DNA of 25,025 nt from IMG/VR virus record IMGVR_UViG_3300012942_000127, positions 1 to 25,025 of that record, one strand, 5' to 3'. Source of the stretch: a virus (Duplodnaviria; Caudoviricetes). The position numbers were made by a program, and so were the translations under genes. The stretch's first letter is position 1; each line of letters starts with the position of its first letter. The notes below the pieces were generated by a model, which made no database searches, was not told the DNA's origin, and was given only the letters and a program-made list of their open reading frames with translations. Below, in pieces: positions 17,140 through 25,025 of this stretch.

Positions 17140-17561
17140 GCAAGCGCGACCAGATTTTTGATGCGCTCTATGTCGTCCTGCAGCCCGCTATGGAAGGCCT
17201 CACTCGTAATAAGCCTCTGGTCGATTTCGATGCGGCCAGCTTCACCACGCTGAGCGATGACGCCGACCCGGAGCTGACCGAGACGTTTCTCAATCCGCCG
17301 CTCTATGAGTTCACCATGCGGCCGGTGCTCGTGCTGGCGGTGAAGGGCGATGACGGCGCCGCGCGGGATGCAGCGCTGACGGCGCTCATCGACAGCGCCG
17401 CCGCACAGCTCGCCACAGTGACCGACCTTGGCGGCCTAATCACCGATATACGCCCGCAGCCCGTCAGCTACGCTTCAAGCCAGATCTGGGGTGCGGCCGG
17501 CATCAAGGGCGGCGAGCTGCCCATCGAGCTCGATTTCTGGTCCACCAGCAGCCTCGGCTGA
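17136..17561 (+). CDS. putative tail terminator protein
   Basis: 141 aa. MSKRDQI..., RDAALTALI and DLGGL. Immediately upstream of the tail tube gene. Confidence 0.65.
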   Translation: MSKRDQIFDALYVVLQPAMEGLTRNKPLVDFDAASFTTLSDDADPELTETFLNPPLYEFTMRPVLVLAVKGDDGAARDAALTALIDSAAAQLATVTDLGGLITDIRPQPVSYASSQIWGAAGIKGGELPIELDFWSTSSLG

Positions 17562-17587
17562 AGCCGGGCATTCATCAGGAGAAAGTC

Positions 17588-18583
17588 ATGGCTTCGAAGC
17601 CTCGCGCTACCGGCGCGGATGCCGTCGTGCTCTTCGGCAAGGAAGTGACCTATGCCACGCCGCCCGATGGCAGCGCCGGCGGTGTCTATGTGCGGCCGCC
17701 GCTCAAGACCAGCGAACTGTCGGGCTCGCAGCCCCTCGAGGATGACCAGCTTTGGAACACCGGCTCGTCCGAAGATACCGATCCGTCGCTTGGCGCCTTC
17801 GATGCCTCCGGCGATATCACCGCGCCGCTCGACAGCCGCGGCGCCGGCTTCTGGCTGACAGCCGCCCTTGGCGCCGAACCAGCCGCGCCCGTGCACGATG
17901 CCGATGCCGGCACCTATCTCCACACCTGGCAGTCGGGCGAGGACATTTCCTCGTATACGGTCCAGACCGGACACCCGAAGCTGACCACGCCGAAGTGGAA
18001 GACAGCCAAGGGCGCAAAAGCCGGCGGCTTCTCCTTCCAGCTCGCCCGCAATGGCCGCGCGATCCTGACGCTGCCGATGATCGCGCAATCCGAGGCCAAG
18101 GACACGCCCGCCAATCCGCGCGACGCCGCGCCGCTGGTCTATGACTATCTGCCGTTCGACAACGCCACCGGCAGCGTCAAGGTGAACGGTACGCAGCTCG
18201 CGAGCCTCACCGGGGGCACCATCACGTATTCGAGCACGCCGGAGGCGATCGAGACCATCCGCCCCGACATGTTCATCGACGGGATCGATGAAGGCATCCG
18301 CACCCTGAGCGGCTCGTTCGACCTGCGGCTGGGGACCGATCACACGATCGACGATCTAGTCGATGGTGGCACCTCCTGCGCCGTCGAGGTGTCCTTCACC
18401 TTGCGCTCGCAACCGACCTGGAAGTTCGTACTCACCATGCCACGCGTGTTTTTCGAGCGCAGCAAGCAGCCGATCGACGGACCCGGCGGCATCCAGATCA
18501 CCACGAATTGGCGGGCGGCCAAGGATGCGACCGCCGGCTACATGCTGCAGGTGACCTTGCTCAACGATGTGGCGGCGTATTGA
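17588..18583 (+). CDS. major tail tube protein
   Basis: 331 aa, RBS AGGAG. RATGADA, GFWLTA, HTWQSG and PIDGPGGIQ..NWRAA...VTLLNDVAAY. Confidence 0.88.
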   Translation: MASKPRATGADAVVLFGKEVTYATPPDGSAGGVYVRPPLKTSELSGSQPLEDDQLWNTGSSEDTDPSLGAFDASGDITAPLDSRGAGFWLTAALGAEPAAPVHDADAGTYLHTWQSGEDISSYTVQTGHPKLTTPKWKTAKGAKAGGFSFQLARNGRAILTLPMIAQSEAKDTPANPRDAAPLVYDYLPFDNATGSVKVNGTQLASLTGGTITYSSTPEAIETIRPDMFIDGIDEGIRTLSGSFDLRLGTDHTIDDLVDGGTSCAVEVSFTLRSQPTWKFVLTMPRVFFERSKQPIDGPGGIQITTNWRAAKDATAGYMLQVTLLNDVAAY

Positions 18584-18584
18584 T

Positions 18585-19007
18585 ATGGCCATTCGCCTCA
18601 AGCGCCGGCTCGAATCGAGCTGGATAGAGCTGGGCAGCAATGCTGCCCTGTTCTGCGAACCGGCGACCACGATGCTGGTCTATGCGGCGCGCGCCCAGGC
18701 GCAGGCCTTATTCGTCGAGCTTTCCGAAGCAGGCGAAGCCGTGACCAAGGCCGGTGGCAGAATTGCCGGAGTGCCGGATCTGGCGGACCCCGCGCGCGCC
18801 AAGAGCTGTCAGGAAGCACTTTTCGTCGTGAGCCTCGCTGAGCTAGCTGCCACTGACTGGCGCGGCATTCACGATGAGGATGGCGTCGAGCTGACATATG
18901 ATGCTGCACTCTTGCCCCTGCTCCTCACCGACCATGCCGTCGTGGACAATTTTCTCGGCCGATACCTGCGCCCGATCAGTCAGGTGGTGACCGAGGGAAA
19001 AGACTAG
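18585..19007 (+). CDS. tail assembly chaperone (gpG-like)
   Basis: ATG 18585, 140 aa. Contains TDWRGIHDEDG and ends E-G-K-D on the slippery heptamer G GGA AAA. Lies between the tube and tape measure genes. Confidence 0.85.
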   Translation: MAIRLKRRLESSWIELGSNAALFCEPATTMLVYAARAQAQALFVELSEAGEAVTKAGGRIAGVPDLADPARAKSCQEALFVVSLAELAATDWRGIHDEDGVELTYDAALLPLLLTDHAVVDNFLGRYLRPISQVVTEGKD

Positions 19008-19042
19008 CGGCCCTTGCCGGGTGGCATTTCGGCAGGGGCCGC
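18995..19042 (+). promoter_or_regulatory. -1 programmed ribosomal frameshift signal
   Basis: GGGAAAA (18995-19001), a 5-nt spacer, then a 13-bp stem 19007-19019/19030-19042 with one G-U pair. Confidence 0.85.
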
Positions 19043-19363
19043 GGAAGGTCCTATTGCGACGGTTGTGTCGTCGTCGGCGCCAGCTGTGCCACCAGCGAGC
19101 CAGGGCGCTGTCCCTATAATGAGTATGCGCCCGCCACCTTTGACGGCCGCATCGTCTGGGCTCTCTTCTGCGAGAACAGCTTCCGCGTGAAACTGGCAGG
19201 TTTTGGCGGCGTCGTCGGTGTCGAAACCGATATCGCGCGGCGCCGCGCGATATCGGCTGGGATTGATGACGATATCGCCGAAGACCTGCTCGCGCATTGT
19301 GAGCGGGCGCTGATAGCCGCCTATAACGAAAAGGACGCAACTGACGATGGCGGAGAAAACTAG
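18995..19363 (+). CDS. tail assembly chaperone gpT-like extension, expressed by -1 frameshift
   Basis: The -1 frame is open from the slippery site to TAG 19361-19363: GKRLAALAGWHFGRGRGRSYCDGC...CPYNEY...DGRIVWALF...LLAHCERALIAAYNE. It has no ATG of its own and is absent from the ORF track. Confidence 0.85.
   Translation, partial: GKRLAALAGWHFGRGRGRSYCDGCVVVGASCATSEPGRCPYNEYAPATFDGRIVWALFCENSFRVKLAGFGGVVGVETDIARRRAISAGIDDDIAEDLLAHCERALIAAYNEKDATDDGGEN
19227..19256. repeat. perfect 30-bp palindrome
   Basis: CCGATATCGCGCGGCGCCGCGCGATATCGG equals its own reverse complement. Confidence 0.95.
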
Positions 19364-21416
19364 GGAAATTGGCATCCGCCTGTCGGTTAAGGATGCCGAT
19401 GTCGCCAAAGCGGCGCTCACCGCCTTCGGTACGGAAGGCGCGGCGGCGCTTAAGCGACTGGAGGTTGCCAGTGCGCCGGCTTCGACTTCGCTTCTGTCAC
19501 TGAGCAATGCCATCGACAAGACGAGGGAGGTTGGTGCGAGCCGGCTTGAGGCCCTTGCCGATCAATTCAAGGAGGTGGGCTCCAGCATCCTGCTGCCTCT
19601 CGCCTCGCTTGCGACGCTCACCGGCGCGTTCGAAGCGTTCAAGGCGCAGATTGAACGCGCCGATTCGGCTAACAAACTATCGGCGTCACTCGGCCTCAGT
19701 GTCGAAGCTTTGACGCAGCTGGAACATGCCGCCGACCTGGCAGATATTTCGACCGATCAACTATCCACGGGACTGCGGCAGCTATCGAACAACGCGGCCC
19801 TTTCGGTCGAATCGTCGACAGGGAACGCCGCAAAGGCGTTTCAGACGCTCGGCGTCAATGTGAAGACGGCGAGCGGCTCTCTCAAGTCCACTGATCAATT
19901 GTTCGCCGACGTGGCGGACAAATTCGCCAACCTGGGAAATTCATCCACCAAGACCAGTCTGGCCATGCAGATCTTCGGCCGATCCGGCGCCGCGCTGATC
20001 CCGCTGCTGAACGAAGGTCGAGATGGTCTCAAGCAGCTGGCGGATCAGTCCGATCAACTCGGGCTGACCATCAGCAGTCAGGCTGCCGCTTCGGCAGAGG
20101 AGTTCAACGATAAGCTCACAGTCCTTGGCGAGCGCATTACCGGGGTGATCAGCCGAGTTACCCAAGAGGCGCTTCCGGCCTTTAACGCATTGGTTGACCA
20201 GTTCGATTCTCTGATCTCCGATGGCCCGCTCATGAGCACGGTGTTCACCCTGCTCGAGGGCGGCGTGCGTGACCTGACCAGTTTCATGGTTCAGCTGGTC
20301 GGAGCCACGAAGGAGCTTTCCGAGCTCTTGGGCGGTCTTTCGCTGGCAGCCGAGGGCCTGCAGCGCGGCGAAGGCTTTGGTTCGTTCTTTGCGACAATGA
20401 CGGGTGCATTGCAGGACTTCAACAAGACCGCCAGCGACACCGAGAAGCTGGCGAATGCCGTCTTGAACGGTACGCCTCTGCCCCAATCCAACAATGCCAG
20501 CTGGCAGGCGCTCATTGCCGGCTTCGGCAAAGGGGGGGCGACTGCGCCGCCTCCGGCGCTCACCTCCACCACGACCGATCAGGCTCAAAAGAAAATCGAC
20601 GCTGTCAGCAAGTCGATCGACCTGCAGATCAAGAACCTGACCGAAACCAACCGGCAGCAGGAGATCAATAACGAGCTTTCCCGCGCCGGAGTTACGATCG
20701 ATAGCGACGCCGGCAACGCGATCGCCGCCAAAGCGGCGCAATATTACGACGAAAAGCAGGCGATCGAGGAGGCCAATCAGGCCGCCGGCTTTCTGGCGCA
20801 GACGGGCGAGAGCGCGATCGAGAGCTTCGTCGAGGGCAAGGAGGATGCCGTCTCTGCCATCAACGATATCACGAGCGCGCTGGAATCGGCGGTGTTGCAG
20901 GCGGCATTGCTCGGCAGCGGGCCGCTCGGCAATATCTTCGGTGGCGCGCCGACAACGTCGGGAGCGACCGGCGGTTTCGTTGGTAGCCTGCTGTCGAGCT
21001 TCGGCCTCGGGGCCAAGCCCAATGCCAAGGGTGGCGTCTATTCGTCACCGAGCCTCAGCGCCTTTTCGAATTCAATCGTGAGCCAACCCACCATGTTCCG
21101 GTTCGCCTCCGGCGCCGGGTTGATGGGTGAAGCCGGTCCCGAGGCGATCATGCCGCTGACACGCGGGGCCGATGGCCGCCTTGGCGTGGCCGGCGGCACC
21201 GCGGCACCAACCTCGATCGAGGTCACCATCCGCACCGTCAACGGCCAGGCGGTGCAGACCAAGGACGCCAAGGCCTCACAATCCAAGAATGGCGGCCTGT
21301 CGCTCGATCTGCTGCTCGACACCCAGATGTCGCAGACCATGAGCAAACCGGGCAGCCAGACGCGCCGCACCATGCGGGTGCAGTTCGGCCTCAACCCCTC
21401 GCTGACGAAACGCTGA
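19347..21416 (+). CDS. tail tape measure protein
   Basis: 689 aa, Ala/Leu-rich and helical. AMQIFGRSGAALIPLLN and C-terminal NAKGG...GLMGEAGPEAIMPL. Confidence 0.92.
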   Translation: MAEKTREIGIRLSVKDADVAKAALTAFGTEGAAALKRLEVASAPASTSLLSLSNAIDKTREVGASRLEALADQFKEVGSSILLPLASLATLTGAFEAFKAQIERADSANKLSASLGLSVEALTQLEHAADLADISTDQLSTGLRQLSNNAALSVESSTGNAAKAFQTLGVNVKTASGSLKSTDQLFADVADKFANLGNSSTKTSLAMQIFGRSGAALIPLLNEGRDGLKQLADQSDQLGLTISSQAAASAEEFNDKLTVLGERITGVISRVTQEALPAFNALVDQFDSLISDGPLMSTVFTLLEGGVRDLTSFMVQLVGATKELSELLGGLSLAAEGLQRGEGFGSFFATMTGALQDFNKTASDTEKLANAVLNGTPLPQSNNASWQALIAGFGKGGATAPPPALTSTTTDQAQKKIDAVSKSIDLQIKNLTETNRQQEINNELSRAGVTIDSDAGNAIAAKAAQYYDEKQAIEEANQAAGFLAQTGESAIESFVEGKEDAVSAINDITSALESAVLQAALLGSGPLGNIFGGAPTTSGATGGFVGSLLSSFGLGAKPNAKGGVYSSPSLSAFSNSIVSQPTMFRFASGAGLMGEAGPEAIMPLTRGADGRLGVAGGTAAPTSIEVTIRTVNGQAVQTKDAKASQSKNGGLSLDLLLDTQMSQTMSKPGSQTRRTMRVQFGLNPSLTKR

Positions 21417-21772
21417 TGGTAGCCATTTGGCCTGAAACCCTGCCGCAGCGGCTGTTCGTCGACGGCAGCCAGGAGAGCATGGGCGATGGCCGCCTGCGCA
21501 CCCAGACCGATACAGGCCCCGGCAAGGTGCGGTCTCGGTCAAGCGCCGTGGTCCGCCCGCTTTCCGGCACTATGCGCATGAACAACGCTCAGCTCGAAAC
21601 CATGATGTCGTTCATCAACATCGATCTGGTCGGCGGCTCGCTGCCGTTCAACTTTCCGGCGCCGCGTGGCGAGGGGACCTGGCTGGTGCAGCTGGGACAA
21701 AATATGCCGAGCTGGAGCAATGTCGGCGGCGATCGCTATAACGTGACAATCGCTGTCGAGGTGCTGCCGTGA
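21416..21772 (+). CDS. distal tail protein (gpM-like)
   Basis: 118 aa. WPETLP, LRTQTDTGPGKVR and GGSLPFNFP. Follows the tape measure gene. Confidence 0.8.
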   Translation: MVAIWPETLPQRLFVDGSQESMGDGRLRTQTDTGPGKVRSRSSAVVRPLSGTMRMNNAQLETMMSFINIDLVGGSLPFNFPAPRGEGTWLVQLGQNMPSWSNVGGDRYNVTIAVEVLP

Positions 21773-22272
21773 GCCGATCGATCTCCTTGACCGCGACCGC
21801 CTCGCTGATGGCGGAACGCACCGGCGAGACCTGGGTGTTTCTGATCACCGTCGAGCATGAGCAGTTGACGGCGCCGCTGCGCTTTTCCAGCGATCCGGGC
21901 GAGCGGGTTTCGGAGGAGCCGCTGACCTACGGTGTTACCAGCCGGGATAATTTCTACACCTTTCTTCCGATCACTGCGACGCTGCCCGACGATAGTGACG
22001 GCACGCCGCCGGCGATCAAGCTGGTGCTCGACAACGTCATGCGGCAGGCGATCCCGCTGCTGCGAACCATCACCACGCCGCCTTCGGTCACCATCGAAAT
22101 GGTACTCGCCTCGGCCCCGGATACCGTCGAAACCAGCTTCCCGGCCTTCGACTTGGTCGACACCAATTACGATCAAGCCTCGGTTTCGGTCGATCTGACG
22201 ATCGATGGCCTGACCACCGAACCCTATCCGGCCGACACCTTCGCGCCGTCAGGCTTTCCTGGATTGTTCTGA
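21769..22272 (+). CDS. DUF1833-like minor tail protein
   Basis: 167 aa, GTG start. LITVEH, TLPDD, LVLDNV, VLASAPDTVE and EPYP...FPGLF. Confidence 0.8.
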   Translation: MSRSISLTATASLMAERTGETWVFLITVEHEQLTAPLRFSSDPGERVSEEPLTYGVTSRDNFYTFLPITATLPDDSDGTPPAIKLVLDNVMRQAIPLLRTITTPPSVTIEMVLASAPDTVETSFPAFDLVDTNYDQASVSVDLTIDGLTTEPYPADTFAPSGFPGLF

Positions 22273-22275
22273 TCG

Positions 22276-22668
22276 ATGGATTTTTCCGATTTTGTTGGCC
22301 TGCCCTGGAAGGACCGGGGCCGGGACGCTGCCGGCTATGATTGCTATGGCCTGTTCCGGGCCGTCTTCCGCGCCGGCACCGGCATCGAGCTGCCCAGCTA
22401 CGCCGACGACTATCTGACGGCCGCCGATCGCGCCGATACCGCGCAACTCATCGGCGCCGGTCTAGACGATTGGCTGCCCGTGGCGCGCCGGCAGGAACGG
22501 GCCTTCGACGGCGCGCTGCTGCGTATCGCCGGCGGCCTCCATATCGGCCTCATTATCGCGCCCGGCCGCATGCTGCATATGCCTGAAAGCAAGGCGAGCG
22601 TCATCGAGCCGCTGAGCCGCTACGACCTGGTGCTCACCGGTCTCTATCGCCATGCGAGGTTGGCATGA
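22276..22668 (+). CDS. NlpC/P60-family tail assembly peptidase (gpK-like)
   Basis: 130 aa. VGLPWKDRGR, DCYGL (catalytic Cys), HIGL (His) and MLH. Confidence 0.9.
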   Translation: MDFSDFVGLPWKDRGRDAAGYDCYGLFRAVFRAGTGIELPSYADDYLTAADRADTAQLIGAGLDDWLPVARRQERAFDGALLRIAGGLHIGLIIAPGRMLHMPESKASVIEPLSRYDLVLTGLYRHARLA

Positions 22669-25025
22669 CGGTTGTCGCAACCCGGCCGTTGCAGGGCGAG
22701 ATCATTCCGCCCGGCATCGGCGTGACGCTGGTGCTGGCGCTGCGCCCGCTCTCGCTCGAGCGCCGGATGCTTGTCGCGCCGGCCGGCCTGACGATCGCCG
22801 AACTGGTCGAGTTCGGCGAGGCCCGGGCCGAAACCGGACTGCGGACGCGGCTGGTGGCGCGGCTCAATGGCGAGCCGATCGAGCCAGAGATCTGGCACCG
22901 GGTGCGGCCGAAGCCGGGCACTACGCTGGTCATCCGCGCCGTGCCGGCCGGCGATCCGGGCAACCTGCTGCGCAGCGTATTGACCCTCGCGGTCATCGGC
23001 TTGTCGATCTTTGCGGCGCCGATCATCGCGCCGGTGCTCGGCCTCTCTGCCAGCCTGGTCGGCGCCGGCATCACCATTGGCGGCCAGTTGCTGATCAATG
23101 CGCTGTTCCCGGTGGCTCAACCGCAGCTCGGCAGCAGCCAAGCGGGCTCGACCTCGCAGACCTATTCGCTCTCGGGTGGCCAGAACCAGGCGAACCCGTT
23201 CGGCCCGGTGCCGTCGATCCTCGGCAAGAACCGTTATTACCCGCCGCTCGGCGCAAAATCCTATACCGAGTTCGTCGGCGCCGATCAGTACCTCAGGATG
23301 CTGTTCGTCTGGGGCTATGGGCCGCTCGCCATCTCCGACATCAAGATCGGCGAGACGCTGATCACCGACTATCAGGATGTCCAGATCGAAACCCGCCAGG
23401 GTCTTCCCGGCGATGCGTCGCTGACCCTGTTTCCGAACGCGGTGCTGCAGACGGACCTGTCGATCGCGCTGACCGCCGCGGCGGGCTGGCAACAGCAGAC
23501 GACCGACACCGGCATCGACGAAATCTCGATCGACATCGTCGCGCCGGGCGGCATCGTCCGCGTCGACAGCAGTGGCATGTCGCAGAACTACACCGTTTCG
23601 ATCCGGGCCGAATATTCGCCGACCGGCGCCAACGCCTGGTCGCTGCTCGGCACCCTCGACCTGACCTCGCGCTCGACCGACGCCATACGGCAGACGATCC
23701 GGCTCGCGGTAGCGAACGGCCAATATGATGTCCGGGTCGAGAAAACGAGCGCCGATTATACCGGCAGCGATCAGGTGCAGGAGGAGGTCGACTGGACCGC
23801 CATCCGTGGCACCCGCAATGCGCCGCCGGTGAGCTTCTCCAAGCCGCTGGCGATGACGGCGATCCGCATCCGCGCCTCGTCGCAGCTCAATGGCGTCATC
23901 GATAATTTCAACGGCGTTGTCCAGAGTATCGTTGCGCAAAGCTTCAACGGCGAGAGCTGGGTCGCCAACCAGATCAGCCGCAACCAGGCCGATCTCTTTC
24001 GCCACGTGCTGCAGGGGCCCGCGAACGCCCGCCCGGCGCCGGACGGCCGCATCGACCTCGAAACGCTGGAGCAGTTCTGGACCTATTGCCACACCCAGAA
24101 TTTCAACTTCGATATGGTCCGCGACTATTCGGCCTCGGTCTATGACACGCTGTCGGATATCGCCTCATCGGCGCGGGCCGTTGTGCTGTTTCGCGATGGC
24201 AAATGGAGCGTCGCCTGGGACCAGTCGGATGCGCCGATCGTCCAGCATTTCACGCCGCGCAATAGCTGGGGCTTTGCCGGGCAGCGCAACTACCAGCAGC
24301 TGCCGCATGCTTTCCGGGTGCAGTTCGTCAACGCCGACAACGGCTACCAGCAGGATGAGCGCATCGTCTATGACGATGGCTACACCGCCGCAAACGCCAC
24401 GCTGTTCGAGCAGATCGAGTTTCCCGGCGTCACCGATCCAGACACCGTCTGGCGCATGGGCCGCTTCCATATCGCCCAGGCGAGGCTGCGACCGGAGACC
24501 TATACCCTCAATGTCGATGTCGAGCACATCGTCTGCACGCGCGGCGACCGCGTGCGCGTCACCCATGACGTGCCGATGTGGGGCCTTGCCAGTGGCCGGG
24601 TGAAGGCGGTCAGCGGCCTGACGGTGACGCTCGATGAGCCGATCACCATGGAGGCTGATAAAACCTATTCGATCCGTTTCCGGCTCGCCAATGGCGATAG
24701 CCTGCTGAAGACGCTGGTCACCGACGATGGCGAGCAGTTCGCCGTGTCGGTGACGGATGGCGCGGACAGCATGCCGGCTATAGGCGACCTGTTCATGGCC
24801 GGTGAAATGGGCACGGAATCGGTGGTGTTGCGCATCAGCGGCATCACGCCGGCGGAAGACCTCAGCGCCAAAGTGACGATGGTCGACGACGCGCCCGAAA
24901 TCTCGACGGCCGATAGCGGCACCATCCCGCCGTTCAACAGCCAGATCACCGCGCCGACGGCGCTGTTTGCCGCCAAGCCGATCAACCTCAAGGTCAAGGA
25001 GGGCTTTCAGGGCACCGGCGACAAC
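22665..25025 (+). CDS. tail tip / host-specificity protein (gpI-like N-terminus plus TipJ), 3'-truncated by the window edge
   Basis: ATG 22665 (ATGA overlap). I found no in-frame stop to the window end (787 codons). WHRVRPKPG, NQANPFGPVPSILG, WGYGPL..SDIKIGET, IRIRASSQLNG, VQHFTPRNSWGF and RGDRVRVTHD. Missing from the ORF track because it lacks a stop. Confidence 0.9.
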   Translation, partial: MTVVATRPLQGEIIPPGIGVTLVLALRPLSLERRMLVAPAGLTIAELVEFGEARAETGLRTRLVARLNGEPIEPEIWHRVRPKPGTTLVIRAVPAGDPGNLLRSVLTLAVIGLSIFAAPIIAPVLGLSASLVGAGITIGGQLLINALFPVAQPQLGSSQAGSTSQTYSLSGGQNQANPFGPVPSILGKNRYYPPLGAKSYTEFVGADQYLRMLFVWGYGPLAISDIKIGETLITDYQDVQIETRQGLPGDASLTLFPNAVLQTDLSIALTAAAGWQQQTTDTGIDEISIDIVAPGGIVRVDSSGMSQNYTVSIRAEYSPTGANAWSLLGTLDLTSRSTDAIRQTIRLAVANGQYDVRVEKTSADYTGSDQVQEEVDWTAIRGTRNAPPVSFSKPLAMTAIRIRASSQLNGVIDNFNGVVQSIVAQSFNGESWVANQISRNQADLFRHVLQGPANARPAPDGRIDLETLEQFWTYCHTQNFNFDMVRDYSASVYDTLSDIASSARAVVLFRDGKWSVAWDQSDAPIVQHFTPRNSWGFAGQRNYQQLPHAFRVQFVNADNGYQQDERIVYDDGYTAANATLFEQIEFPGVTDPDTVWRMGRFHIAQARLRPETYTLNVDVEHIVCTRGDRVRVTHDVPMWGLASGRVKAVSGLTVTLDEPITMEADKTYSIRFRLANGDSLLKTLVTDDGEQFAVSVTDGADSMPAIGDLFMAGEMGTESVVLRISGITPAEDLSAKVTMVDDAPEISTADSGTIPPFNSQITAPTALFAAKPINLKVKEGFQGTGDN

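Noticed and set aside
9031-25025. Gene transfer agent cluster
   Set aside because: A GpA terminase, a cos site, a lambda-type portal and linked replication genes indicate a true phage.
1-25025. Frequent CGATCG/ATCGAT words as a possible methyltransferase-target signal
   Set aside because: Not quantified, and plausibly explained by ATC/GAT/GCG codon usage and host-like oligonucleotide bias.

Overview
GC-rich segment of a lambda-like siphovirus genome or prophage, probably from an alphaproteobacterial host (inferred from the gene families). Every credible gene is on the + strand, and most are translationally coupled through ATGA/GTGA overlaps. The early block encodes an SF2/SNF2-like helicase fused to a beta-class amino-DNA methyltransferase, a cysteine-less NrdJ-C-terminal (TSCPD)-like protein, a Gp37/Gp68 (DUF5131) CX6CX2C protein, a hypothetical protein, a Zn-ribbon/Toprim primase and a D5/P4-type SF3 helicase. 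An iteron-rich putative origin and a NusG-family antiterminator follow. Next comes a late control region (putative promoter, ops-like pause, intrinsic terminator, lambda-like cosQ/cosN) and a complete head-tail operon: terS, GpA-type terL, gpW, portal, ClpP-capsid fusion, DUF2190, connectors, tail tube, -1 frameshifted chaperones, tape measure, distal tail, DUF1833, NlpC/P60 and a tail-tip protein running off the window. The most interesting candidate system is the NusG paralogue with its apparent cis-acting switch at 8573-8753. No integrase, repressor or lysis genes are visible. Family assignments come from motif recognition only; no searches were run.
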